Source: Macrostomum lignano
Taxonomy: Eukaryota
NCBI GenBank assembly: GCA_002269645.1
Contig: NIVC01002444.1
Location: forward strand, 1-64,000
Direction of reading: 5' to 3'
Length of the DNA: 64,000 nt
Shown: positions 49,806 to 62,644 of the stretch, piece by piece
How positions within the stretch are numbered: position 1 is the first letter of the stretch
Layout of the letters: every line of letters starts with the position of its first letter
Translations under genes and position numbers: made by a program
The notes under the pieces: model-generated
Databases searched by the model: none
What the model saw: the letters and a program-made list of their open reading frames with translations, nothing else
What the model was told of the DNA's origin: nothing

Positions 49806-51404
49806 ACTTTCTGTGGCTATGTTCATAATAGAGAAAATATGCTTGCTTGATTAATACTGGCAGCCCAGGTGTTACGCTAGCTTGGAGAGTGTTGAGAAAG
49901 ATGAAAAATTAATTAACGACGTAACGAACCCTTCCGAGTTTGGAATAATTCGAGTTGGAAATCTGTTTTGCACTGAGCAGCAGATCTGCCTATGCGCGTC
50001 AGGCGGTTAACAAATCTGTTTGCAGTGCTGTCCGGGTGTTCTCTCTAGTATAGTCCAGCATGTCAGTCACACCGGTTCAGTTTACTGTGGATGTGTGTAT
50101 AATGTGTGTGTTTGTGTGTGTATTCTGCCGCCCCTAAGCTTACTGCTCCCGTGTCCCGATGTTCTCGAGGCTCAAATTGTCTGAAGTGGCGGCACCGCAG
50201 GAAATTCAGAATTCTCTCTCCGCCTTCTCACTTAGGGCTCATGACCACTCTCCAGCGTCTCCGCTTCTTCAACTACTCTCTTAATTCATCTGATATATCT
50301 GCCCCACCCTAGCGGCGCTACCTGCGGCTTTGTTGTGCCAACCGGCCCAGCTTGTTGTCTTAATTTTCTTCTGCCTGAAAATTTCTCTGACTACTCTCAC
50401 AGTCTATTCTCTGCTTGGCCCTGGTTCCCACTGGTCTATTATTAAATTAATCTTTGTCTTTTGTCTCGCTCCGCTAACTAGCAGCCAAAGTTCTATTTTA
50501 TTGGTCTGCTTTGGTATGTGTGCGCGCGTGTGAATTGTCTCGGCCCCTACCCTGCATTTCTCTCTGCCCTCCCTCTCAATCGGTGTGTTTATCTGTTCTC
50601 TCTTTGACAGTTCTCGCTCATTTAGCCTATATCGGTTATCGCCGCCTATCCAGGTTGTCAAAGCCTGTCTCGCCATTGCCAGGTTCCATCTCTTCTCATT
50701 TTCATCGCACACGATCTTGGGACAGAGTGACCAGCAACATTATTCATATAGAAAGTCGCCGCTCAGACAGGAAGTGAACCTTGACTTGCAATTTAGACTT
50801 TTTAATATATAAGTACCTTAATTAAATACGCATTGCCTGTCTCCATCGTTTGACCGACCTGTCTCTCATTTTTATTGAGTTTCTTGCTTGGTCCTCCCGG
50901 TAACCTGTCGGCAAGGTAAGCTGTAATCCGCGGCTTTTCAGCTTTTGCTACAAAAAAATCCCCTGTTTTCATTGTCCCTTAGACAAAATCGAAGGCGAGC
51001 GGGAGCGGCTTCCCTTTTATAGCGCCGCCAATCAATCTTGTTGATTGATTCTTTGCATTGTCGCCTTTTGTTTCTTTTGGCTTTTACCGATTCATCACCT
51101 TCTATTCATTGCATCCGATCCATTCAAAATTGTCATTAAGTTATCTTCTTCTCTACGAAAACTCTTTTTGTTCAGAGATTTTTTTGTTTAGTGGCTGCAA
51201 TTGTTGTCTTCATCCAATATCTGTTTCGGGCCCGTTTCATTTCATGCCATCTGCCCTACTCTCGTTCGCCTTGCAGAAGCAGTGACTCCTGTTTAAAAGC
51301 ATGCCAGCTGCGCTGTCCTGCGCGTGAGCCTCGCAACCAGCCTCTCTCTAAGTACAGCGCGCGCTTATTCAACAACTGCTACTCGGCCACGCAAGTCGGA
51401 TTTG

Positions 51405-52125
51405 ATGGCCGCCGCATCAATGAGCGCCAGTGTTGGCCGGCCGAACGACGGCGTCTCCAAGCGGGAATCTGCGTCTTCTTCTGCAGCTGCAGCAGCCTCG
51501 CTTGTCCCCGGCGAGGATCTGGCCGCCTCAGACGAAGTGAAGAACTACAACCAGGAAGACGAGGAGGACAGCGTAGCGGCGCCGCCGTTCTCAGCCGGCG
51601 AGAATCTGCGCCAGGACAAAAGCGAACTAGTTGAGGAAGGCGAGAAAGCGCTTTGGAGGCCGTACGCTTCCACTGGAGGCGGCGGGAGTCATGCTGGCTC
51701 GGCAACTGCAAGCGCCGGCGACCGGGCTCACAATGCCCAGCCTCTTCATCTGCCTCATCCGCCTGTGCCGGCCAGGCTTTCTCAGCATTCACTATTTGGC
51801 GCGCCAAACAATGCTGCGGCCGCGGCGGCGGCTGCTGCAGCAGCGGCGGCGGCAGCGGCAGCCGCGTCGCCTCTATACGGCCACGGTAGCCCTGTGCCGC
51901 TGCACCAGTTCCTCAGCCAGTGCGCGGCGCTGTCCTTTCATCCGCCATTCCATCATCCCGGTTGGGTGGCCGCGGCCGCCGCCTCCGGTGTTCGCGGCGG
52001 CAGTGGCAGCGGCGACGGGTCTCGCCTCCCGCCTCATTTCTCAGCGGCTGCGTCCTCAGCGGCCTACTTGGAGGGTCTGCGCTCTCCGACCGTGGCTGCT
52101 TCCGCTGGCGTCTGCGGTAGTGGAG
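51405..52125 (+). CDS. TCF/LEF: TCF/LEF (pangolin-like) first coding exon with beta-catenin-binding domain
   Basis: GEDLAASDEVKNYNQEDEE...ENLRQDKSELVEEGE matches the TCF N-terminal D.LGA.DE..F..E...L...KS.LV.E.E motif. First in-frame ATG at 51405 (in-frame TAA at 51294). Donor g|gtgaga is phase 1. Confidence 0.85.
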
Positions 52126-52154
52126 GTGAGAACGGTTGGGGAAGTTGCTCTTGA

Positions 52155-53726
52155 AGACTGGGTCATACAATAGAGACTGTCCATCTCCTGGTCATAGAGA
52201 CTGGGTCATACAATAGAGACCTCCATCTCCTGGTCATAGAGACTGGGTCATACAATAGAGGCTGTCCATCTCCTGGTTATAGAGACTGTCCATCTCCTGG
52301 CCATAGAGACTGGGTCATACAATAGAGGCTGTCCATCTCCTGGCCATAGAGACTGGGTCATACAATAGGGACTGTCCATCTCCTGGTCATAGAGACTGGG
52401 TCATACAATAGGGACTGTCCATCTCCTGGCCATAGAGACTGGGTCATACAATAGGGACTGTCCATCTCCTGGCCATAGAGACTGGGTCATACAATAGAGA
52501 CTGTCCATCTCCTGGCCATAGAGACTGGGTCATACAATAGGGACTGTCCATCTCCTGGTCATAGAGACTGGGTCATACAATAGAGGCTGTCCATCTCCTG
52601 GCCATAGAGACTGGGTCATACAAAAGGGACTGTCCATCTCCTGGTCATAGAGACTGGGTCATACAATAGGGACTGTCCATCTCCTGGCCATAGAGACTGG
52701 GTCATACAATAGAGACTGTCCATCTCCTGGCCATAGAGACTGGGTCATACAATAGAGACTGTCCATCTCCTGGTCATAGAGACTGGGTCATACAATAGAG
52801 GCTGTCCATCTCCTGGCCATAGAGACTGGGTCATACAATAGAGACTGTCCATCTCCTGGTCATAGAGACTGGGTCATACAATAGAGGCTGTCCATCTCCT
52901 GGCCATAGAGACTGGGTCATACAATAGAGGCTGTCCATCTCCTGGTCATAGAGACTGGGTCATACAATAGAGGCTGTCCATCTCCTGGTCATAGAGACTG
53001 GGTCATACAATAGAGGCTGTCCATCTCCTGGTCATAGAGACTGGGTCATACAATAGAGGCTGTCCATCTCCTGGTAATAGAGACTGGGTCATACAATAGA
53101 GACCTCCATCTCCTGGTCATAGAGACTGGGTCATACAATAGAGACTGTCCATCTCCTGGTCATAGAGACTGGGTCATACAATAGAGGCTGTCCATCTCCT
53201 GGTCATAGAGACTGGGTCATACAATAGAGACTGTCCATCTCCTGATCATAGAGACTGGGTCATACAATAGAGGCTGTCCATCTCCTGATCATAGAGACTG
53301 GGTCATACAATAGAGGCTGTCCATCTCCTGGTAATAGAGACTGGGTCATACAATAGAGACCTCCATCTCCTGGTCATAGAGACTGGGTCATACAATAGAG
53401 ACTGTCCATCTCCTGGTCATAGAGACTGGGTCATACAATAAAGGCTGTCCATCTCCTGATCATAGAGACTGGGTCATACAATAGAGGCTGTCCATCTCCT
53501 GGTAATAGAGACTGGGTCATACAATAGAGACCTCCATCTCCTGGTCATAGAGACTGGGTCATACAATAGAGACTGTCCATCTCCTGGTCATAGAGACTGG
53601 GTCATACAATAGAGGCTGTCCATCTCCTGGTCATAGAGACTGGGTCATACAATAGAGACCTCCATCTCCTGATCATAGAGACTGGGTCATACAATAGAGA
53701 CCGTCCATCTCCTGGTCATAGAGACT
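52155..53726 (+). repeat. 43-bp minisatellite (gagactgggtcatacaatagaggctgtccatctcctggtcata), about 36 copies
   Basis: Period 43. Confidence 0.96.
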
Positions 53727-54916
53727 TAAAAGAAAGTTTTTTGACGGTCACATTTGAGGGTCACAATGACAGCCACATATGTGACAGTTTATTTGACGGT
53801 CACATTGCAGGGTTAAATTATTAACTGACGGTCACATTGCAGGGTTAAATTATTAACTCACGGTCACATCACGGTCACACTTACCGTCATACTTGACGGT
53901 CACAAGCGTGACAGGTAGTGTCACAATTTTGTCAGTCACCAAAAAATATGACCGTCTTACTTTTGTATGGGTTTGGTTATTTAATTTAATATGAACTGAA
54001 AAATTTTCACTGAAATTATCAGTTTTATTACTACTATTGAGTGAGGTGACACACTATCAGAGTTAGCCAATTTGTAGCAATATCTTTGGCATCCAAGTTG
54101 CCGATCAATTTCTAGTCCACTTGCCTGCTCCAAGTCTGGACTCTCACTATTCGCTGCAATTCACTCACTCTCTCTCTCTCTCTCTCCAACTCTTTGTTTC
54201 TCTTTTTCGCCTGCGCGCTGCCCCGTGACCGATGCTGGCGGGGCGCCTTCCACTAGCCCGCCTGTCAATCAAGCCTCGAATATGGCCCACTTATGCCCTT
54301 GTCTTTTCGCCTCCCTACCTTCCAGCTCTGTCTGACTCCCTTTCACCACCTAGGCGCTGACACTCCCGACTAAGCTACTCAAATTCTCTCATCTCCTCAT
54401 CCCGCGCAGCGCCAATGCTCTCCAGGAAGCCGCCACCCAGCTGGCCCGGCCTCCGCTCCGCCCCTACTTGTCGTTGACGTCTGCCTTGGCGCCCGCCTCC
54501 TCCTCCCAGCCTCCAGGCACTTTGCCCGGCCCTCTATTGCCATTCGTCACCATTGCTTTCAGCTTTTTTGCTCTCTTGAAATTGATGCTCTCTCTACCGT
54601 CTCTCTGCCTGCGCGCGTGTTTTTTATTCACCAGCGCAGCCACCTCCCGATTGTCTTCTTGCCTTGCCACTCTTCTATTTCTTCAGCTCAAGCGTTCGCT
54701 GTGCGGTGGGGCGCAGCCTTGGTTCTCTGGTCGCTTCGTTGGAGCGAAAATTAAAGTGAAGCTGCTGCTGTTAGGGGGCGGGGGCGAGCGGTTTAGTGGC
54801 CCGGGCTTTCTGCTTCTGTTGCTGCTAACCGTTGCTGTGTTTCTTTTTCTTCTTTCACTTTTTTCTTGATGCCTCCTTTTTTAGGCTGTGCGTTCTTGTA
54901 TTGCATCTTGATATAC

Positions 54917-55095
<179 letters not shown>

Positions 55096-55785
55096 TCTAA
55101 TCTACTCTATCTAATATATCAGTCAAACCCACACCTGATGCTTCGTAATCGTAACGTTTATCCCTGAACTCGACGAACCGAAACGCCCCCCCCCCTGGCG
55201 CCCCAGTCAGCGAGTTCCTGCGTGCGTGCCCGCAGCTCTCGCCCCGCTCCCCACCCGCCATTTTGATCGCGTGAACGGCTGAAATTCGAATAGCGAATCT
55301 CAGTCAGATGCCGAGGCTTCCGCTGGCCCTTTTCCTAATCTCTATTCTCTCCTCCCCTTTGTTGCTGCGTTGAACTTCCTCTTCTGCCTTTTTGTTTGTG
55401 TTGTTTTTGTTGCCTAATTAATTTTGTCCCGGAGTTCGAATCTCCCGCTCTCCCGAGGCGTCAGTGTCGTGACCCGGGCCGCACTCCTCTTTATTCTGTG
55501 CACCTCTGTTCACAATGGTTCCTGCCCCGGTCTTAATTGAATTCAATTTGCTGGCTTTGGCGCCCTCACGGCACGCCATCTTGATTTGTTTCTCCTTTAT
55601 TCTCTGCTTCTTCTGACAAAGGACTGCATCATTTTGTTGTCAAACTTTTTTTTCCGGCAAAAAAGTTAGATTTTGGGCAGGAAATTTCCTAGCAATGCTG
55701 ATGACTTATAACCGATTCTTTCAGATTATTGAGATCTTTCGTAAGCTTTGCCAGTGCAATCGATTTTTTTCTTTTTTAGGGTGCG

Positions 55786-56732
55786 AAATTTCTGCTTTGT
55801 AGAAGCACTTTGCTCAAACAGTGTTCTACATAAATAAATTTCTGCTTTGTAGAAGCACTTTGCTCAAACTGTGTTCTACATAAAGAAATTTCTGCTTTGT
55901 AGAAGCACTTTGCTCAAACCGTGTTCTACATAAAGAAATTTCTGCTTTGTAGAAGCACTTTGCTCAAACAGTGTTCTACATAAAGAAATTTCTGCTTTGT
56001 AGAAGCACATTGCTCAAACTGTGTTCTACAAAAAGAAATTTCTGCTTTGTAGAAGCACATTGCTCAATTGTGTTCTACATAAAGAAATTTCTGCTTTGTA
56101 GAAGCACTTTGCTCAATTGTGTTCTACATAAAGAAATTTCTGCTTTGTAGAAGCACTTTGCTCAAACCGTGTTCTACATAAAGAAATTTCTGCTTTGTAG
56201 AAGCACTTTGCTCAAACAGTGTTCTACATAAAGAAATTTCTGCTTTGTAGAAGCACATTGCTCAAACTGTGTTCTACAAAAAGAAATTTCTGCTTTGTAG
56301 AAGCACATTGCTCAATTGTGTTCTACATAAAGAAATTTCTGCTTTGTAGAAGCACTTTGCTCAAACAGTGTTCTACATAAAGAAATTTCTGCTTTGTAGA
56401 AGCACATTGCTCAAACTGTGTTCTACAAAAAGAAATTTCTGCTTTGTAGAAGCACATTGCTCAATTGTGTTCTACATAAAGAAATTTCTGCTTTGTAGAA
56501 GCACTTTGCTCAATTGTGTTCTACATAAAGAAATTTCTGCTTTGTAGAAGCACTTTGCTCAAACCGTGTTCTACATAAAGAAATTTCTGCTTTGTAGAAG
56601 CACTTTGCTCAAACAGTGTTCTACATAAAGAAATTTCTGCTTTGTAGAAGCACTTTGCTCAATTGTGTTCTACATAAAGAAATTTCTGCTTTGTAGAAGC
56701 ACTTTGCTCAATTGTGTTCTACATAAAGAAAC
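55786..56732 (+). repeat. 49-50-bp palindromic minisatellite (aaatttctgctttgtagaagcactttgctcaaacagtgttctacataaag), about 19 copies
   Basis: Period 50 (55861 to 55911); internal inverted repeat tgtagaagcact...agtg-ttctaca. Confidence 0.95.
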
Positions 56733-58185
56733 TTCTAGTCCGTATTCTCTCCCTTATCTGCAGTTTTCAATCTCCTGCCCTTATCTCATAGGAGTTGAAT
56801 TTGTAGCAAAAGTTTTGGAAACTGCATGCAGAACCAAACTGACTGCAGTTTACTTAACACTTCGCCACTCTCTAGCGCAAGTGAAAACCATACAGCACTG
56901 TATTCACTGTATCCATGCGCAGGCGTTTTCCCACCAGCGGCACTGCAAGCTGTCTGTCTGCCGCCCTCGCGGCTTCAGCTTATATGGCCTTCTATTTTTC
57001 TCCATCCGTTCCAAGGCGCGCTTGAGAGAGGAATAATCAGAGATGAAGCCCCCCCCCCTCTCTGCGGAGCTCGGAATCGACGAAGTGGTTGGAAAGCAAT
57101 AACGCGGCTACAGTTGTTGTTGCAATAAATTTCAACACTGGTCCTGCCTCAGTGTAGGTGGTGTGGGGATGTAGGGGCGGGGGGCCAGCAATAATCAAGA
57201 TGATACGCCAGCAAAGGCGCAACTAGGATATTCGGACGATTTTCGAGCTAAATCGATTTTTTGAAAGCGTCCCTGCTGCAATGCTGCGGTCAAGTAGGGG
57301 CTGGAGAGACCGGCTTGTATGCTAGATGAAGCCTGCTCACTGCTCACCTAGGCGCAGCTCCTCCCGGCCTGTCTGTTATACAGAAGAGAGGAAAAAATCC
57401 CAAACATTACGGCTTGCTCCCGTTTTTGATTGACAGGCGCATAAAAAAGGGAAACTATGCAGAGAACTCGGTTGATATAATGACGGCAGGTGAGATGTGT
57501 TGAGGCTGGTGCACGGTGATTCCAATGATAGAAGAGCTATGGGTGAGTCTATATTGGCTGCTGTGTCGAAGACACGAGAGCCACTTTTCTGGCCTCTTCC
57601 AGTTTGTCAAGTCGAGGCATGTTCTGCGAGCGCGCGGTTCTACTCGTTCTTTCGTGTCTCTGGGAAGCTGGGGAAAAGAAAACTGTTGGGGTGGGTGGGG
57701 GTTATGGGAGAGTTGGATGCGCGACCGGAAGGCCCCTGGCAACAACAGAAGGAAGTGAGAGGAGCCATTGCAAAGTTAAGAGCAAATGAAAGAGTGAGAC
57801 AGAGAATTGAAGAAGGATGCAAGATGACGAATGCTGTGGCCACAGCTTCTTTTAGTAGATTTTCCCTTTCAATATAGATTCTACAATTCTACTCCCAGTT
57901 TGACTGACAAGTCGGGAACTGAGACGCGGCGCTTGCGGGAGAATTGCGTGACTTTCGCCGCCTCCCTCCCTGCCTCTCCGTCACTCTCAAGCCCCCCCCC
58001 CACTCAGTTCCTCTATTGTTCCTACTCGCTATCCAAACCTATTTCTTTTCCTTTGTGTTGAATTCGGGCTACAAAGAGAGTGCTAATGCGCTAATTATAG
58101 CCGCGCTAAAATGTGCCAGCGCCAAACTAGGAGGGGGGGGGGCATCATCATTAGGGCACACATACTCGAATCTCACACTGCATTT

Positions 58186-58353
58186 GGGGATTATTCTGGC
58201 TTATTCTATATATGGAAGTGTTCCCTCCTATCTGTCTCTTGCAGTTCAGGGCTGCCTCTATCAGGGTCAGGGGATTATTCTGGCTTATTCTATATATGGA
58301 AGTGTTCCCTCCTATCTGTCTTTTGCAGTTCAGAGCCGCCTCTATCAGGGTCA
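58186..58353 (+). repeat. 84-bp tandem duplication spanning the TCF intron/exon boundary
   Basis: ggggattattctggc... at 58186 and 58270; each copy contains a pyrimidine tract plus cag. Confidence 0.95.
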
Positions 58354-59641
58354 GCCGTCCAGCCAGCGCCAGCAGCACCAGCGCCAGCACCAGCACCAGC
58401 ATCAGAGCCTGTCCCGTTCGGCGCTAATTGGCAGCACCACAGCCGAGCTGCGTTTGAAAGCTGGTCAAACAGTGGCGCCAGCTCAGCAGCACCAGCACCG
58501 GCAGCAGCAGCAGCAGAACCACGTGAAGAAGCCGCTCAATGCGTTCATGATCTTCATGAAGGAGCAGCGGCCCAAGGTGGTGTCGGAGTGCACGCTGAAA
58601 GAGTCGGCCGCCATCAACCAGATCCTTGGCCGGCGCTGGCACTCGCTCAGCCGTGAGGAGCAGGCCCGCTACTACGAGCTGGCCCGCCAGGAGAAGGAGC
58701 AGCACGCCAAGCTCTACCCAAACTGGTCGGCCCGCGACAACTACGGCGGCATTGCGCGTAAACGCAAAAAACAGAAGCTGAGATTTTCTCACTCTGTTGG
58801 CTTGAATGCGACCGGTTTGGGCGGCGGCGGCGGAGTTGGGGGCGACGGCAATCTGACTAGCGTTACTATGGCAACCTGCGGAATGAGCGCTGCCAATGCC
58901 CGGTGTAGCAGTCTTGGCAGTAGTAGTGGCGGCGTTGGCCTCCCGACCTCTTCTATTGCTGGCGCCGTCTCCACTCCGTCGTCGGCTGTTGCCGCTGCTG
59001 CCGCCCACGCGGCCGCCGCTGCCGCAGCTGCAGCCGCCGCGGCGGCCGCCTCCGCCGCCAAGAAATGTCGCGCAGTGTTCGGCCTGGAACGCCAGGATCT
59101 CTGGTGCAAGCCGTGCAAGCGAAAGAAGAAATGCGTCAAATTTGCCTCCGCCGATTGTTGCGAAAGCCAGTCGGTGCCGTCAACGCGGCACTCGCTGCTG
59201 CCCTCGGCGTCGCTGCAGTTGCCGCCCCCGCTGCCGCCGCCGATGAAGCGCTCTCGGCCGTCGACTCCGTGCAATGCCCAGAACTTGGCGACTGCCAGCG
59301 CCTGCTCTACTAATAGTAGCAGCAACAATCATAATTGTAACAACTTTTTCTGCTCGCCGAACGCCAGCAGCGGCGACGCCGGCGGCGGTTCAGGCGGCGA
59401 CGACGAGGACGAGGACGACGATGACGATGACTGCGACGAAGAAGAAGACTGCGACGAAGAGGACGCCGAGGGCGAGGGCGAGGGCGAAATCAAAGGCGAG
59501 AGCGTCGGGTGCGATGTAAAAATGTTGAAAACCTCGCCAGCCTCCGCCGTTCACTCGGATGGCGGCTATTCGCCATCACTGCCGCCTCCTCCGCCGACGC
59601 ACTGTCGGGCACTGGAGGCGCACGGCACGCCATCCTGCTGA
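58329..59641 (+). CDS. TCF/LEF: TCF/LEF exon with HMG box, basic tail, C-clamp and acidic C-terminus
   Basis: [17 protein letters not shown]...[18 protein letters not shown]...YYELA...[12 protein letters not shown]; RKRKK; [28 protein letters not shown]. Phase-1 acceptor ttttgcag| joins exon 1 in frame (about 677 aa); extra exons not excluded. Confidence 0.95.
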
Positions 59642-60217
59642 TAAAGCGTTGATTGCGCCATCAGTTCAGGTCGCCCCCCCCCGAACTGCTGCTTTGCGGA
59701 TCAACTTTCATTTGTAACTCTTTGAATTATGGCTCTGTCCGATTCCCAGTGCTCGCTTGGCTTTGTGAAGGCAGAAATTGTTTTAGCATCTCTTTCGTCC
59801 GATTGAAGCCTCCTGTCTCCTCTGTTCTTGACCCCCCCCCCACCTCACCTCGATCTTGTTTGTTGGCTCTGCTCTTCGCTTTCAATGCGCTATCTGATAA
59901 AGAAATGCCCCCCTTCCCCTGAGATAATGAGTTGTTTTTAAAAGAATTTTAATCATTTATCAGCAATTAACAATAATAGCCTTTGCACCAATTGCGAATT
60001 ACTTCATACTGTCTTTGTGCTCGATCTGTTTTTTTTATTTGTACACACGTGAAATATTGATGTTTTCAAATTGCCATACTGTTTGATATTCATTTTCATG
60101 TTTACCTTAAATTGCATTGCATCTTTGCGTGCTTCTGCACTTGCTCTGTCTAACTTCTTCTATTGCCTGTCATCTTCTCTACGAGAATGGTTGCCTGAAA
60201 TCTTATATATTCTCAGT

Positions 60218-60420
60218 TGCTGGGCCAGCCTCCCAGATCCTCAGTCGCTGGGCCAGCCTCCCAGATCCTCAGTTTCTGGGCCAGCCTCCCAGATCCTCAG
60301 TTGCTGGGCCAGCCTCCCAGATCCTCAGTTTCTGGGCCAGCCTCCCAGATCCTCAGTTTCTGGGCCAGCCTCCCAGATCCTCAGCTGCTGGGCCAGCCTC
60401 CCAGATCCTCAGTTGCTGGG
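60218..60420 (+). repeat. 28-bp minisatellite (gctgggccagcctcccagatcctcagtt), about 7 copies
   Basis: Period 28. Confidence 0.93.
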
Positions 60421-61124
60421 CCACCAGCAGCAGCCCAGATGCAGGGCAGAGTGCAGTCACGGTGAGGAGATGCAGGGCAATCATCAGTCTGTGTTGCTTC
60501 TCTCTATAGCTATCATAAAACTTTGCGACGGGCACACGCGGCTTACACAGTCCGCAATTGTGTTGTGCGAGCTTATTATGTACTTACAAAATTTATTATA
60601 ATTGAGAATTATTTGTTTGATGCGCGCACTTGTCTACTAGAAGTAACTTCGTACGGGCAAGCTCTTTTTAAAGAGAAAAAAACACTAAATACACGCTCTC
60701 TTAGGAATAAGGGCCTCAAGACGGTCCTGTTGTCTTAACTTTTCGGTTAGTTTTGTATATTTACTACAGTAGTTCCACGCGAGGGCCATAGGCCTGAAGC
60801 TATGCTGCTGGCTGTCCTGTATACAAATGTTCGAGGTATGCTTTGATCTGTTAATAACTCCAATCAGTACGAGTTACACAATTCAACCGCTGATTTTTAT
60901 AGCCAGTTTGTCGAATAAGACTCATAAAGATACGCTTTGAGTGTACATAGAGACTAGCTAACTCATTTCTAACACCCTGAGCCCTGATCTTGCTGCTACA
61001 TCTGGTCCTCGATAGGTACTCGGTTGCTCATTAATTAGGTTGCAAATAATCTTGATAGGTCCTCCGCGACTGCTTGGCTGGTCCATCTTTGGTCCTTGGG
61101 TTCTTAAACTTATTATGTTCCTTG

Positions 61125-61945
61125 ACTGGTCTCCAACTGGTCCCCGACTGGTCCTTAACTGGTCCTTAATTGGTCCCCAGCTAATCCCCAACTGGTCCCC
61201 GACTGGTCCTTAATTGATCCCTAGCTAATCCCCAACTGGTCCCCAACTGGTCCTTAATTGGTCCCCAGCTAATCCCCAACTGGTCCCCGACTGGTCCTTA
61301 ATTGGTCGCCAGCTAATCCCCAACTGGTCCTTGACTGGTCCTTACCTGGTCCTTACCTGGTCCTTAATTGATCCCCAGCTAATCCCCAACTGGTCCCCTA
61401 ACTGGTCCTTAATTGGTCCCCAGCTAATCCCCAACTGGTCCCCGAATGGTCCTTAATTGGTCCCCAGCTAATCCCCAACTGGTCCTCGACTGGTCCTTAA
61501 TTGGTCCCCAGCTAATCCCCAACTGGTCCCCTAACTGGTCCTTAATTGGTCCCCAGCTAATCCCCAACTGGTCCTTGACTGGTCCTTACCTGGTCCCTAC
61601 CTGGTCCTTAATTGATCCCCAGCTAATCCCCAACTGGTCCCCTAACTGGTCCTTAATTGGTCCCCAGCTAATCCCCAACTGGTCCCCGACTGGTCCTTAA
61701 TTGGTCCCCAGCTAATCCCCAACTGGTCCCCGACTGGTCCTTAATTGGTCGCCAGCTAATCCCCAACTGGTCCCCGACTGGTCCTTAATTGGTCCCTAGC
61801 TAATCCCCAACTGGTCCCCGACTGGTCCTTAATTGGTCGCCAGCTAATCCCCAACTGGTCCCCGACTGGTCCTTACCTGGTCCTTAATTGGTCCTTACTT
61901 AGTCCCCTAACTGGTCCCCTACTGGTCCTTAACTGGTCCCCGACT
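61125..61945 (+). repeat. Composite repeat (about 44-bp unit made of actggtcc-containing about 11-bp subunits plus agctaatcccc)
   Basis: Seen directly. Confidence 0.9.
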
Positions 61946-62644
61946 GGTCTTCAAGTAGTGCGCCCCTACTGGTCTTTCATTCGCTCCTGTATGTATCGGC
62001 CATCGTTATTTAAAATCGACCACCGCTCAAAATGAGCGAGAACTTGACCTTGACCGAAGCATTCACCGTATCGTATAATATACAGAGTATTTTAGCCTTT
62101 AAGCAGAACTTCTAGAACTAATCAATTAGTGCTATGCAATAAATTTGAAAGTCATAATCATTTTTGCCGCTAAATCTTTCAAGCTATAGTTTACGTAACT
62201 TTGTTATATAATGTACCAAATTTATTGCCTTGCGCACAATTTTACTATGATTTGTTAAATTTAACTGGACTCGCGGTCTTCAAGTGCCTAATAACACATT
62301 GCAATTGCAGAGCAGAACCGAATTTCTGTTTCCAATTCTTTTTTTACATTATTATATCGATGCCAAACAGGTTTTATTAATAAGCTACTTCATTTTTACT
62401 TGCAATTTCTTAACTAGCAATTGAGTTTTACAGACTGTCAAATTGCAGCATAAATTTGTATATCGATAATAACTTACAATTAATAAATATTTCCATTTGA
62501 TTTTAGCCTAACTAATTTTGTCTTTTTCTTTAAATTTATTTTATTTCCCAATCAGATTGTAAAGTAAAATTAGGATACTTTCAGGCTTTCGGGACTACTG
62601 AAAGTAGTCAGTTAGTAGTAGCTACTACTGAAATATTGAAGCTG

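Noticed and set aside
54468-54869. 133-aa hydrophobic ORF as a TCF internal exon or membrane protein
   Set aside because: Hydrophobicity comes from T/C-rich composition; no ATG start, no TCF similarity, no convincing splice sites
55786-56732. CRISPR-like appearance of palindromic repeats
   Set aside because: Units are contiguous with no unique spacers, there are no cas genes, and the context is a eukaryotic intron; it is a minisatellite
57944-58244. N-terminal 100 aa of the 565-aa ORF as coding
   Set aside because: Non-ATG start, intron-like composition, and it lies upstream of the polypyrimidine/AG acceptors
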